The position numbers were made by a program, and so were the translations under genes. Below, piece by piece: positions 1 through 15,539 of a stretch of 64,000 nt of DNA. The number at the start of each line of letters is the position of its first letter. Position 1 is the stretch's first letter. The DNA comes from Octopus vulgaris (Eukaryota). The stretch covers positions 81,406,001 through 81,470,000 of the forward strand of contig OX597831.1 in the NCBI GenBank assembly GCA_951406725.2, written 5' to 3'. The notes beneath the pieces are model-generated. The model had not been told where the DNA came from, made no database searches, and saw only the letters and a list, made by a program, of their open reading frames with translations.

Positions 1-47
1 CCTTGTGGAAAAAATTTGAAATAATAATAATAATAATAATAATAATA

Positions 48-89
<42 letters not shown>

Positions 90-243
90 AAAATGAGAAA
101 AAATTGGTTAAGAAAGAATATCAATAAAATACATCGGGTGTCCACACACTGACTGACATTTGCATATATATGAATATATACATACATACGCACACACACA
201 CACATACATGCATGCATACATACAAGCATACATACATACGTAC

Positions 244-284
<41 letters not shown>

Positions 285-286
285 GA

Positions 287-447
287 GTTTTTTATGACCA
301 CCTCACATGTATGGCCCACGCTACTAAAAGGTTCACGCACATGGGACCCATATACGTTCTTCAGTCCACCTCAAAAACCTACATAGGTTTCATGCGCGCG
401 AAACTTTTAGTGGCGTCGGCCATACATGTGAGGTGGTCATAAAAAAC
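287..447. repeat. Inverted repeat element (Penelope-like end)
   Basis: GTTTTTTATGACCACCTCACATGTATGGCC... and ...GGCCATACATGTGAGGTGGTCATAAAAAAC. Embedded in (TA)n. Confidence 0.85.
322..364 (-). ncRNA. Degenerate hammerhead motif with long stem II
   Basis: CUGAAGA-ACGUAUAUGG(GUC)CCAUGUGCGU-GAACC-UUUUA-GUA. The opposite arm of the inverted repeat retains GAAAC. Confidence 0.5.
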
Positions 448-523
448 AATATTTACTCTCGTTAGATGGAATGCTCCTTTTGTTGAACCTAGACATACGG
501 ACCTATTCATTATATATACATAT

Positions 524-616
<93 letters not shown>

Positions 617-747
617 CATACATATACATATATATATATATACACGAGTTCAGCAAAAATTTTGCTTCAGATGAATATGGTGCTTAAATTGAGGCAGCAG
701 AATTTAGTACGGCATTATCCATACAATTTCAAAATAAGGTGTTTAAA

Positions 748-891
748 ATCAAAATAAGCAACAAGGATATCCAGAGGTGATGCAGTACGATCGTTTCATG
801 CAACTCCATTTAATTGCATTGTTCAATTAAAATAGAGTTGCATGAAATGATCGTACTTCCTTACCTCTGGATATCCTTGATGCTTATTTTG

Positions 892-893
<2 letters not shown>
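748..893. repeat. Inverted repeat
   Basis: ATCAAAATAAGCAACAAGGATATCCAGAGGT...GTACGATCGTTTCATGCAACTC and its reverse complement. Confidence 0.85.
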
Positions 894-976
<83 letters not shown>

Positions 977-1136
977 GTTACGTTCCCAAATCCACGAAGT
1001 AGAAAAAGTACTGTACTGTATATTTATTATTATTATTTTTATTTGTATATATTTATTTTATTATGAATGCAAAACAACACCCTGGAGGAATCGACGTAAG
1101 CTTAAATAATAAACTGCGATATGGCGAGGGATTACT

Positions 1137-1174
<38 letters not shown>

Positions 1175-1494
1175 ATTCGTTTTGCAAGATTCCTGATGTG
1201 AAACCATGTGTTGAAACAGATATTGTTGTATTTCGGGATGGTCACTTTTATTCTTTTTTTTTTTTTGCCAAATAACCACAGAACACATTCACGCGGCATT
1301 GAGTAAACCAAAATAGCAATGTTTAAATGCTCACCGCGACCACAAAACCACACCCTTATTACCACTAACCCCAACAGCACTGCCACCACTGTCACCATCA
1401 GCGCCCCCACCTACACTGTTAAATGGTTTCATGCTTACTACAACCTGAACAATATCCATAAACAATAACTTAAGGACAATCTCACTATTGTGGC

Positions 1495-1548
<54 letters not shown>

Positions 1549-1643
1549 CATTTTTATTTTATCTAGTTTCAGCTCATGAGCTGTGGCCATGCTGGGGCAC
1601 CGCCATCCAAAAATTTATACTGCGCTGCCGTGACAAACATACA

Positions 1644-2146
<503 letters not shown>

Positions 2147-2435
2147 CAGATAGATAATGAATAAATTTACTCCTTTAATTGGCTGCTATCATTACAAAAC
2201 AGCATTAGAAGCATACTTACAAACGCATACACTCTCTCACACACGCACTATCGTATATACATACACAGCCACTCACACGAACACATAATGCAACAATATC
2301 CATAACATTAACATTTAATGATACCAAAACACATACACAGATGCACATACCTACACAGACACATATAGGGATACACACCACACACGCAGACATCAAACAT
2401 GCAATGTCGACAACATTAACGGCCAATGATGCTAG

Positions 2436-2473
<38 letters not shown>

Positions 2474-3000
2474 GCACATTCACAGTGTCACACAGATACA
2501 TATAGACACAGCTCAAAATATGTATAATCTATGCACACGCATATTTGCGATCTTTCTTACACGTTGTAGAAACGAGGCGATGAATAAAGAATTATGGGAA
2601 ATGATGTAGGAAGGAAAGGCGGGAGGGGAGAGAGGAGGAGGAGAGAAGGGAGAAAGCGAGGAAGAGATGATAGAAGATTCAAGTGTTAATGGCGATGGTG
2701 GTGGCGGTAGAGGGGTAGGAGAGAGCAGGGTGAAACAACATCTAATAAATGAGATTTATTTAATGATCCTTGTCGCCATCTTTGTGGTATTGATGTCCCG
2801 GAGGCCATTTTATTGGACCAATAATATAATGATGATAATAACGATGACGACGATGACGACGGCGATGATGTCAACGATGATGGTGACGGCGGCGATAACG
2901 ATAACGACGATGATGGTGATGACGGGGGTAATAATGATTAGGAAGATAATAATAACAATGATGACGATTATGTCAATATTATCATTGTTATGATTTTTCT

Positions 3001-3034
3001 CATCATCATCATCATCATCATCATCATAATCATA

Positions 3035-3077
<43 letters not shown>

Positions 3078-3113
3078 CATCATTATCATTATTATCATCA
3101 TCATCATATTATC

Positions 3114-3153
<40 letters not shown>

Positions 3154-3159
3154 TTATTA

Positions 3160-3217
<58 letters not shown>

Positions 3218-3243
3218 CATCATTATCATTATCATTATTATTA

Positions 3244-3332
<89 letters not shown>

Positions 3333-3333
3333 G
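3001..3333. repeat. (CAT)n/(TAT)n trinucleotide microsatellite
   Basis: Seen directly. Confidence 0.95.
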
Positions 3334-3743
3334 CTATTCTATTTGTTGCTAACGTAGCAACAAAGCCTCTAATTTAATTGACCTCTCCGTGATTTGTGAA
3401 GACTAGCAACAATGGTTATAGATTCACAACAGACACCCCCCCCCCGATGTACTGTTTGTTTGACGGCAATGGAAAGTAAGGGTGTGTTTCTAACTCTACG
3501 CAGAACAAATATCACATGTGTGCAAGAGTAGTAAAACGTTTTAAAATATATTTTTGGTATTGCAATTATTATTTCATACTGAATTCAGTGCGTCGGATAA
3601 AGTGCAGGAAAGTGATTATTATTCTAAGAGCCGAGTTAATCTCGGTGAACAACGAAGCCTGGGGCGAAACAGAGTTCACTGTCAACTTTTGATATCTATT
3701 TATCGCCATAAATGTGTGTCTGTGTGTATATACATATATGTAT

Positions 3744-3794
<51 letters not shown>

Positions 3795-3901
3795 CACACA
3801 CATATATATATACACACGTACGTTTATATATATATATAGTTACATATATATACACGTACGTATACACACACATGTACATAGAGAGAGAGAGAGAGAAACA
3901 A

Positions 3902-3911
3902 ATAGACAGAC

Positions 3912-3986
<75 letters not shown>

Positions 3987-3991
3987 CAGAC

Positions 3992-4062
<71 letters not shown>

Positions 4063-4075
4063 CAGATAGACAGAC

Positions 4076-4158
<83 letters not shown>

Positions 4159-4171
4159 CAGATAGACAGAC

Positions 4172-4220
<49 letters not shown>
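3902..4220. repeat. (GATA)n/(GACA)n microsatellite
   Basis: Seen directly. Confidence 0.95.
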
Positions 4221-4705
4221 CATACATACATACACACATACATACGTGTGTATATATGTACATATACACACAAACAGACACATATATATATCAAGTGAGA
4301 TAAAAAGCGAACTGAACACATAATCATGTAATGTGGTGCCACCTGTTTCATGGTCGAGCTGTGTCGACAAATGGGCTAGAAACACCAGGGTGTCATCCGG
4401 GTGGATGGGTGGCTGGACTCGCTGATAGAATATAACATAATTTTGTCTACAAGGGTGGAATAAGTAAACTTGGTGGTTAACGATCCACCACCACCATCAA
4501 ACCTACAAAGGGAGCAGAAACTCTCTAAGAAGTGTAGAATTTCCGACTCCTGCATCCGGTCCTGTACTGGTCTTCTCTTTTCTCTTTCCCAATTTGCCAC
4601 GGGCAAAGATGAGCGCCTTCGTAAGTGAAAGGTGTCCTCGCATTTATGAAGACACTCGTATGTGTATGTATGCGTGTGTGCATATGCATTCATGTATGTA
4701 TATCT

Positions 4706-4740
<35 letters not shown>

Positions 4741-5096
4741 TATATATTTAAGTGGTGGTCATATTCCTAGGAGTAAGCCAATGAAACCCCGTTCCCTACC
4801 CATGGCTACCTGACTTCATTCGCGGTATTTGTACAATTGTCGCTGGATCTCCCTCAGAAATTTCTCAAATGTACGTTGAGTATGTAACGAATGAATGAGA
4901 CGGAAACTGGAATATACGAGAAACTTTATTGCTCACAACGGTCGTGTCGATCCATCTTGCATCGGCCCCTCGCGGGTGGGATACTCTACAACTAGTTGTG
5001 GGGCGTCTCTCGGTGCAGACGCGTCTCTTTAGGTGATGCTATAAAAGGGTGTCTCGTTAAATAAACTCTGTTTCACACGGTTTTAATACACCATAT

Positions 5097-5141
<45 letters not shown>

Positions 5142-6974
5142 CATTGTATCAGTATATCGACCAAACTATCGGATGTTGCTGCACCTCGCTGGTCATAGTG
5201 CGCTTCCAAGCGTTGTTGTTGCTCTCGAAATGATGTCATTTCGCTGGCTCGGCAGGAAAGCAAACGTTCTCCCTGAATGAAACACCAGTCAGTGGCAGGG
5301 TTACCAAGAAATTTGAGGGGCGGGGTTGTTCGAATTGATTTGCACTTTACCGAGTCCGTGGTGAAGAAAGTTAATGTTTACCTCGACAGGGATTTGAGCT
5401 CAGAATATAAAGAGCCGGAACAAACACTGCAAGGCATATTATCCGACACTAACGATTGTCCAAAGAAATAATAAGTTGAATGCATTTATCCACAGCAGGA
5501 CAATATAAGCTGCAATTTGAAAGATTAAATGTGTCATTCGAACGAGATCCTTACTGGTGAATTATCCCGTGAAAAACTGTATAATTTCGTATGATTACAG
5601 GAAATAAATTGGAGCTGATGAACTGAGAAAATTCACTCATTTAGTTTCGAGATGTATGTAGCAGAAAACTGAACTTTCAAACGTTTTGGACATTTAATTA
5701 CGGAAAGGGGGTTTGCGGTGGCTGTTTATAGAAGTCAACAGAATGTAAGAGAGGCTATTAATAACGTGTCAGAGAGAGACTGTTCTGAGAATGCTATAAA
5801 GACTGTTAATAGCAATTACAAAACTTGTTAGTAGAAGTTAACAGAATGTAAGAGGGAGTGCGAAGGGAATGTTACAGATCTCTTAATAAAAGTTAGATAG
5901 ACTGTTAGTCAATATGGATGGGAAGTGGAAAAAGTAAAAAGCAAGAATGCCTGAAGACTTGAACAGAATTAAAATAGAGTGGAATGTCTAAGGACAGAGA
6001 CGAGGAATGAACTGGATGGTTGTTTGTTCATTGAACCAAATGACTCGTTGGTGATTGTTAGAGTTAGAAATTAGAAGCAGTTTGATACAAATGGTATTGA
6101 AGAAGCAGTAGAAACGACAATAAAGATGGGATGGAGGTAGAGAGAACTGAATAAGTTAAAGAGAATAACAAAAAAAGAGTAAAGAAGAAGAAAAAGGTTA
6201 AAATAGCACTGTTTAACCATTCATCTACAAATAACTCCCTATATACATGTTACATATAGAATTGTATGGGGTCAGTCCTGGATGGCAACATTAAGTCAGG
6301 ACTATAGGCCTCACTTCGATACTTTAGTTGTTATTGGTATTCAAATAGTTAAACACATCATATATATCATTCCTTTCGTCATCAGGTTTTGTAGTCATTA
6401 TAATTATCTGCATAGGGCTTCTGTTGAGATCGAACTAGTCACCCTTATTTTCATTCAGGCTTCGATTACTTTTAGTCACCAACGGGTCCCGTTTTTACTC
6501 GTTTATACGGTGTCTTCGTCTCAATTTATACTTTTCTAAGGTGAGCCCTTTTTTATCTGGTGAACTCCTTGTCTCTGGTGAAACCCCTCATTCTGGCGAT
6601 CCCTTTTTACTGTATAATGACTATCATTTGATGACAACCGTTGTTTTAAAGATAACTTTTATGGTGACCACGTTTTACCAAATCCAATTATAATAAGATT
6701 ATGTAACTTCCCACGACTGCAAATCACAAATTTAAAAAATTTGAGTCACTCGCAATTTTAAAGTTTTGAATTTGAAATACATATGTGCGTTTACACACAC
6801 ACACATACAAACACACAGACATGCACACATGCACACACACACACAGACAAACACACAAACACACATACACACACATATACACATATATCTGCATATACTT
6901 ACATGGTATACCCATACGTATGCATAAATACATACTTATAGGGACATACAAATATATATATATAATATAACATT

Positions 6975-7038
<64 letters not shown>

Positions 7039-7166
7039 GTATGTATATATATATAATATATATACGATAATTACATATGTATACATATAATATATATAGC
7101 ATAATTATATATATGTATATATATATATACATAAAATATACATTGCATAATTATATATATATATGC

Positions 7167-7203
<37 letters not shown>

Positions 7204-7225
7204 CATAAAATATATAGCATAATTG

Positions 7226-7257
<32 letters not shown>

Positions 7258-7334
7258 AATATATGGAGCATAATTATATACATGAATATATATAGCATTA
7301 TATATATATATATATATAATATATATATATAGCA

Positions 7335-7365
<31 letters not shown>

Positions 7366-7384
7366 GCATAATATATATATAACA

Positions 7385-7444
<60 letters not shown>

Positions 7445-7557
7445 TAGTAAGATGAATTCTTCTGATGGTGCGTTTTTCGGTAAATTTCCTTTAGCTCCCA
7501 TCCGATGTTACAGTTTCTTTCTTGGCTGCCTGGATGCTAAAGTTCAATATCGACAAT

Positions 7558-7680
7558 AAAAAGAATGAAGAACATTCAAACTTTATGTTTTATTTCCAAT
7601 TAGTTGATCCATAAAAAGAATTATTAAGAATCAACCAACTGGAAAGAATCATAAAATTTGAATGTTCCAATTCTTTATTT
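7558..7680. repeat. Diverged inverted repeat
   Basis: GAACATTCAAACTTTATG..TTTCCAATTAGTTGAT versus ATCAACCAACTGGAAA..CATAAAATTTGAATGTTC. Confidence 0.7.
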
Positions 7681-7749
7681 TCCTTATTATCAAAATTGTA
7701 CTATATATATAGAACTTTCACACGAACTTCTGTACATTTTAAAAGTCTT

Positions 7750-7960
7750 GTACGTACTATCAGTTCTTTTGCTGAACTGCTAAGTTACGGGGACGTAAAC
7801 ATACCAACGCCGGTTGTCGAACGATGGTCTCACACACACACACACATATGTATATACGACGTACTTCATTTTCTGTCTACCAAATCCACTCACAAGGCTT
7901 TAATCTCGCAATCATTTGGTTGCTAAGCAAAATTCTTACCACACTGCCACTCCCGCGCCT
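7750..7960 (-). mobile_element. SINE copy (diverged)
   Basis: GCTAAGTTACGGGGACGTAAAC, CTACCAAATCCACTCACAAGGC, GCCACTCCCGCGCC. Confidence 0.75.
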
Positions 7961-8717
7961 ATAACAATATGATACTTTATCCTTTTTGTTTTTAATTGTT
8001 TCTGTCATATACAGCGGCCATGCTGGAGCAGAAAAGTTTTATGAAAGTAAGCTTTCAAACCTAAAAATTACTTATTTTCGACGATGAACAACCCCCCCCC
8101 CCCGCTCTCCAATCCCGAGTCGCACTTTTACTCTTTTACCCCCGCTGAATGTCTTCACTATTCAGGTAACTTTTTAAGTTATTTATTTTTGTTTTGCGTT
8201 AACGTAAACCTGCTTCAATGGAGACTCTTTTGTTCTACAGTGGCTCTTTTCACCGTTGTGATATATTTAACCTTTTATAAGGATTTATACTAACTGGTCT
8301 GATAAACAAAGGCTCACAGTCAAAGTGTTATCGCCATCAACAGGGGGAAGTTTTACAACAAACAGGGGGTCGTAACCCCAGTTTTAGAACCTCTCCAGAA
8401 AAATCTCTGTCACATGAATGGAAATCCTTATACACGTGTTTACATGGCATTTTAAAGATATTCAGTGGAGATATTTCTTTTATTGGTTGTTTATTGTGTA
8501 CAATTTTGCACAATTTTACATAAGACCTCGCTTCACATATTACATTATATACAAAAATTGTTTGCAGAAGATGTTAATATTTATATACACCGATATTCAT
8601 ATGTCAATACATGTACGTAAGGCTATATTTCTGGGTATGATGTATACATATATATATGCTACACACATACGGGCACACATACACACATACACATATATAT
8701 ATACACACACACGGATA

Positions 8718-8772
<55 letters not shown>

Positions 8773-10299
8773 CTATCTCTACCTTTTTATGTATAAACAC
8801 ACGCACATATATATCTATCTGTCTATCTACCAAATAATATTTTAGCATGGGTTCTTTTTTATATTTCTTTTTACTCTTCTCTATTTTCTTATTTATTTCC
8901 TTTTTTATATATTTCCATTTTCCCCTTTCATTGTTATCCCTATTTGTAACTCATTTCATTTTTTTCTCTTGCAAATAAACAGGTTAATATAAAGAATGCC
9001 ACATCCAGCCAACCCCTCCGCTTGTCCTTCTGTTTTCGTATAAACACCATCTGTAAACCTGTTCATACTGCAAATAGTTTGTAAGTTTGAAATATTATTT
9101 ATTTAAAAGTATAATTAACGGTTTGATTATTTTAAAGAGAAGCTCTAGAAAGATTCCTGAAAGATATTAGAAAAATGTTTATTGAATCTTTTATTTTTTT
9201 TTTAAAGATTTTAAAGGTGGTCTATACAGAATTTTTAGAATTAAAAAAATACTTTTGAGAAAGATTTCTGAAAACACATTTGAAAAACTTCATCCCGCCT
9301 ACCAAAATAGTTCTTACCCATCGCCAGTAGAACTTGAGAATTGCCTCCTTGTAAAAACCTTTCCATAGCATTTTAAAATTAGTTTTTAAATAATTTTGAT
9401 ACAATTTTGAAAAATTATCTTTCAATAAAAAAAATGTCTCAGTATAACACCTATAAAAATATCCAATGCTTTTCTGTTTTCATAGAATCCAGCCAAACAC
9501 ATCCATATCCGTGGGAAACGTTTCTTTTGATGTTTCGTGTTTCTTTCTTATTCTTCCTTAATAAAGGGTTTCCCCCAAACACTGACCAACTTCCTTCCCT
9601 ATTCCTTTCTTTCACTGCACCATCACTGAGCATAAATTTCTTGTTAAATGTTTTATTGCATTTCGCATTTTGTGTACCACATTCTGAATGTTTGCTCACC
9701 TGTTCTAACCTCACACTTTGTCTAACATTCCGTCTGTTATTCTTCTCCTGCTATTTTACTTTTTATGGATTTGGTCATATTATCATCCACATTATGGATG
9801 ATAAAATATCTTGAAAAAAGACCATAACTTATTTTATTGAAAGCTAAAATAAATTTCTGAAATAAAATAAAATTCCTACAGTCAACTCATAAACTCTTTC
9901 AGTATTAAAAAAAAATGCCACCATATCTAAAATACATTCCGAAATAATTCGAAAGCTGAGCCACATTGCGATAAATTAAAAACTTTAATAAACAACATAT
10001 TTTATAACCACAAAGCTAGGAAAAATTTTCGCCATTGTCCACAAAATTGCATTTCACACTGGTACAGAAGCATCAGCTGCATATATATGCTATATCTCTA
10101 TGAGTACCTGATAAAAAGTGTATATAAAGAACATACATGTCTGAAAATCTTTAGAAAAAAATGAAAGAAGTGCACCCCCGATGCAGTCATCATTTTTATT
10201 CAAATAATGAACTCGTCCGCTAAATTTCGTCGAACATTCTAAGTACATCGTGGTTTGCTGCTATTAACAAGCAGTAAAAATTAAACTTGCGTGAAAATA

Positions 10300-10348
<49 letters not shown>

Positions 10349-10477
10349 ATTTACATATATAACATACGTGTTTCAATACACACACAACATTTGCTCCACC
10401 TTACTTTAAATGTTTTATTGTTTAAATTTATCTCGTTTCCCTTGAAAATCCTGAACTTGTATGAAACCAGTGATGCA

Positions 10478-10530
<53 letters not shown>

Positions 10531-10534
<4 letters not shown>

Positions 10535-10927
10535 ATTTTATTTTATTTTATTTTATTTTATCTAGTTTCAGCTCACGAGCTGTGGCCATGCTGGGGCACC
10601 GCCATTCGGTGTTGCTACATGATTTTACTTCACGAATGCTTTTTAGCAATTGCTATTTGGTGCATGAGAGAGTTCGATGCAGCTGCCCTCATCTGCACCT
10701 CCTGCCGTGAAGTTGGTTCATCTGGGATATCTGACAGGAAGAGATCCAGTTTCATTTTAAAGACATCTGCATCCACCCCATGCAGGTTTCTCAGGTTCTT
10801 CGGGAGGATATTGAAGAGCTGTGGGCCTCGGAAGCCCAGGCTATCACAGTATCTTGTCCTACATCTTGATGGCAAATTTGGAGTCCTTGGCACCATGCAG
10901 GGGCGCCCAGTTCTAGCATTTGTGTAA
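10531..10927 (-). mobile_element. 5'-truncated CR1/L2-group LINE, 3' end
   Basis: ORF2 C-terminus SLGFRGPQLFNILPKNLRN...FKMKLDLFLSDIPDEP, a 3' stem-loop tail GGCGGTGCCCCAGCATGGCCACAGCTCGTGAGCTGAAAC and (TAAAA)n. Inserted in (TA)n. Confidence 0.88.
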
Positions 10928-10975
<48 letters not shown>

Positions 10976-10985
10976 TATATACATA

Positions 10986-11032
<47 letters not shown>

Positions 11033-11119
11033 CATATTATATATATATATATATGATATATATTATATATATATATATGATATATTATATATATATATAA
11101 TATAGTGCAATATAATACA

Positions 11120-11151
<32 letters not shown>

Positions 11152-11282
11152 GATATACATAAGTATGCGTATTTTTCAATACATACATACACGTACCCAT
11201 ATATATATGTGTGTATGTATATATATATGTATATATATATATATATATGTATATGTATATATGTATGTATATATATACATAC

Positions 11283-11327
<45 letters not shown>

Positions 11328-11409
11328 AAATAATAATAAATATTAGGGAATAAATCCAAATTTACAGGGAAAAATCAGATTTAGGATTGAATCCAATTTT
11401 ATAGTAAAA

Positions 11410-11591
11410 TATTATATTATATTAATTAGAGACAAAACCACATTATGCAAATCAAACAAAGAAAGACTTAAGCCAATACATAAAAATTTTTATATAAATT
11501 AAATATAATTAAAATAACCATAAAATTTTTTATGTATTGGCTTAAGTATTTCTTTGTTTGATTTGCATAATGGTGGTTTTGTCTCTAATTA

Positions 11592-11600
<9 letters not shown>
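11410..11600. repeat. Inverted repeat; a related single copy lies at about 22861-22935
   Basis: ATTAATTAGAGACAAAACCAC-ATTATGCAAATCAAACAAAGAAA..CTTAAGCCAATACATAAAAA and its reverse complement. Confidence 0.85.
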
Positions 11601-11661
<61 letters not shown>

Positions 11662-12327
11662 CATACACACACACATACTCACTGAGACATAAACATTAAT
11701 ATATGCATTCATACATTCATGCATAAACACATATATATATACTCAAACATACACACATGCACGCCTTCATGCATACATACGTACGTATGCACACACAAAC
11801 ACACAGGCAAATCCAGATAGAATTCTAAATGATAAATTCCTACACATGCTTCTGAAAAACAACAAGTGAAAAACACATTTCTTGACGAATGCTTCCCAAA
11901 TCTCTATTTTACCATTTTACCAGAGTTCTTCCGATCAGTTTCAATGCCTTCCCTTACCCCCACCCCCACCCAGCCCAACCTTCATATTTCCACCATTTCT
12001 GTTTACTTTCTGTCCTTGCCTCGTCTGTTATACATACATGCATGCATGCATACATACTTACACACACACATACAAACACGTCATCTTCTCTCTCTTTCTC
12101 TTATCGTATCATTCACGCCTTAGTTGTCACCATTTCTTTCTTTCTTTCTTTCTTTCCCGCTTTCTTTCTTTCTCTCTCTCACTCTCTCTCTTCTTTCATT
12201 TCCTTTCTTCGTCTCCTTAATCGATCTGTTTCTATTTCACCTTGTTTATTGTATTAACCATGGAGCCGGAGCGAATCAATTTTGGATAATAACGTCTAAT
12301 AAATATTGGTAAATTGCAAGATCGATA

Positions 12328-12384
<57 letters not shown>

Positions 12385-13628
12385 TAATTGAATATGAAAT
12401 CTGTTATTACTCTCTCTATCCGATATATACCCCATCCTCTCCATACTCTAGTTATATACATCCACCGATAACTCTCTCTCTCTCTCTCTCTCTTTTCCTC
12501 ACACACGCATATTTTCCAATCTCTTTATATACAAACACAGTCAAAGATTCACATACGCTCTTATATACACTTGCATACATACGTACATACATACATACAT
12601 GCATAATACATACATACATACATATATACATACATACATACATAATACATTCATTCATACATACATACATGCAAGCATACGCACACACATACACACATGC
12701 ACACACATAATTTATACGAAAATTAGCTAAGAAAAATAACTCGAAGTGGTCAGTGCTATGTATGTGAAAGACAATTCTTGGTAAATAAGTTGCTACAAAC
12801 ATTCTCGATTTATTAAAATTATTTCCACCCCCAGAGGATGTACCTTAATTACCAAATAGCAATTATGACCGGCACCACTTGGGAAACAGAGATAATCTTA
12901 AGATTCAAGAATTCCTTCAAAGCTGACACGCGATTAAGGAAAGGCGAGGGTTTGTTGTCTGGAAATAAAAGGACAATCGTAGACACGTTCTTCTCGCTTA
13001 GTAATGTTTATCGGAACGGCAATTGTCTTAGCTTAACCGCTGTAGCCAAACGACTTAGACTGACACGAAAAGGAATAGGAAACCGGTGTGGCCGAAGTAA
13101 TTTGTATCACAAAAACAAGTTGAGAGAAATGACTTGACGAGGCCAGTAGCAGCTTCACCACACAACAAGCCTCTTCCTTTCCTTAATGGCTTGACAAGTT
13201 TGGAGAATTCTTCCTTCTCGAGATTATCTCCCCATCTCAAGTGAAGCTTGGACGTAAGTGTCATTTGTTGAAGTAAGATACATCCTCTGCACAAGTCTCC
13301 CTGTAATCTGTGAACTTTGTGACATGTGCGGCCCACGACAAATTACGCTTTCGGTGTACCCCAATCACATAGCAAACTCCACATTATTTTCGAGTTAGCT
13401 CACTTTCAATGTTCTCGCAATGATATTCCTTTCACGGATCTTTCCACGAGCCCGCTCTGTCTCCGTCAGTCACCCGACTTCCTTCTTCGTAGTCGCCCAT
13501 AACTCAATTGCATGCAAGAGCAGCAAGCTGTGTTGTTTTGTGTGCATCTTTCGATGAGGCACAACACCTTCCACTCTACTCTTACTCTGTGAGAGATTGA
13601 AGTGTTCATATCTTGTCGCGTGTTTACA

Positions 13629-13684
<56 letters not shown>

Positions 13685-14984
13685 AATACACACACACATT
13701 TGAATGTATGCATGTAAGTATGTATATAATTAGTTGGTTGAGCTGTATAATTAGTTGGAAGAGCTGTAGTCAAGACCAAATTCAGTGACGTCGAGGCTCT
13801 TAACGATGCTCCGTTTAAACTGTTATATGTTGACAAACCGATTTACAGAGATGGAATTCCCGAGGTGCTCTGGGGAGGAAAGAATGGCGCAGTGGTTTGT
13901 TCAGGGTCAGAAGTGTTGGGTAAAATCAGGGGATAAAAAAGAAGAGGATCTCGAATGGAAGTGACGGGAGACCAACTAGTCCAGAGAAGCAGAGGCCATT
14001 ATAGTCGCACGGGAAAAGGTCATGAAAGGAGGCAACAAAGTGGTCGATTGTCTTTGGAGGAAGTGAAGAATCCCTGCATTTGTAGCAGCAGGGCTGTGAC
14101 AGATATAAGGGAATTAATCCGTTGTTGATCCCATGTGAGTTTTATAAACACTTTATAGCCATTGGAAACTGAAGAATACTAAAGTTTTCAAGAGAAATGC
14201 AAGGCTTTGACATACTGTCCTTTCTTTGCGAGGCGTGATCGTCACCGCTTGATAGAGTTGGATTAATAAATTCTTAGTGCGGGATTTGATGCCAGACAGT
14301 GAGATGGGAGTAAAAGATATCAGTTACATTATGTCAGAGCCATCGCAGCCATTTACCACACACGCACTGTCACATCCTCTTTTATTGAATTTAGTCTTTA
14401 TGGTTATAGTTTCTGTAAAAACTAGATACAGGGGTGAAGCTAGATACAGGTTCAATACAAATAACTGGATGAATAATTATTTGTTTGCGTGTGTTTGTGT
14501 GAGCGAGCGGGGGATACATATTCTGAAATATTCAGGATTGAAGGGGATAATGGACGAGTTATTAGAATTGATCTATAAAAGACTGAAAGAAAAAAATTTA
14601 AGAAATTCGAAGAGATGTAACTAGTCAGGAATTCTAACGAGGCGACCAATCCACTAACTTCTACAACTACTGTTACTATTACCATTACAACTGATAATAA
14701 TTATTATAACGTTAATTAGCAGTGACGATAATGAATGAACGTTGATCAGATTCAAGACTCAGTAATTAAGCTAATTAGAGTGTCATTAACTTGTGTAACT
14801 TGGCGTGTATAAATTAAATGGTATTTTACAAAATTGGATTATCTGCAAACTGACGGTTAATTTTATACGTCAATCTCATTCAACGCTGGTTTGCTTCCAC
14901 ATTATTTCCCTCTCCCTCTCTCTCTTTCTCTTTCTCGACCCCCCCCCCACATACATACACCGTTTTTAGTGACATTTATGTATG

Positions 14985-15029
<45 letters not shown>

Positions 15030-15118
15030 TTATAGATATAAGTGTGTGTGTGTTTATTTATCTATGTATCTATATATAATACATATGTATGTATATATAT
15101 ATATGTGTGTGTGTGTTA

Positions 15119-15153
<35 letters not shown>

Positions 15154-15278
15154 TGTATGTATGTATGTATGTATGTATGTATGTATGTATGACTGTGTGT
15201 GCGTGCATGTGTATGCGTGTGTGTGTATGTATGTATGTATGTATACATACATATATATATACATACAGATATACATAC

Positions 15279-15311
<33 letters not shown>

Positions 15312-15472
15312 TATATTCTTATACACGTAACATATGTACCGTGCGTGACGTACGCGCATGTGTACACAATGGGGATAAGACAGATCGATATATTCCAGTG
15401 GGGCAATATCGAACTTAGCGAATCGCCAGTCAAATATTCAACTGGAGCAGTACAGACGTCTCTTACTTCCAT

Positions 15473-15539
<67 letters not shown>

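Noticed and set aside
2667-2993. 108-aa hydrophobic ORF
   Set aside because: It derives from (GAT/GAC/AAT)n low-complexity sequence.
4882-5090. Solo LTR (TGTAAC...AATACA)
   Set aside because: No matching target-site duplication or second copy in the window.
6370-6390. Hammerhead-like CUGAUGA-CGAAAG on the minus strand
   Set aside because: There is no room for stem II.
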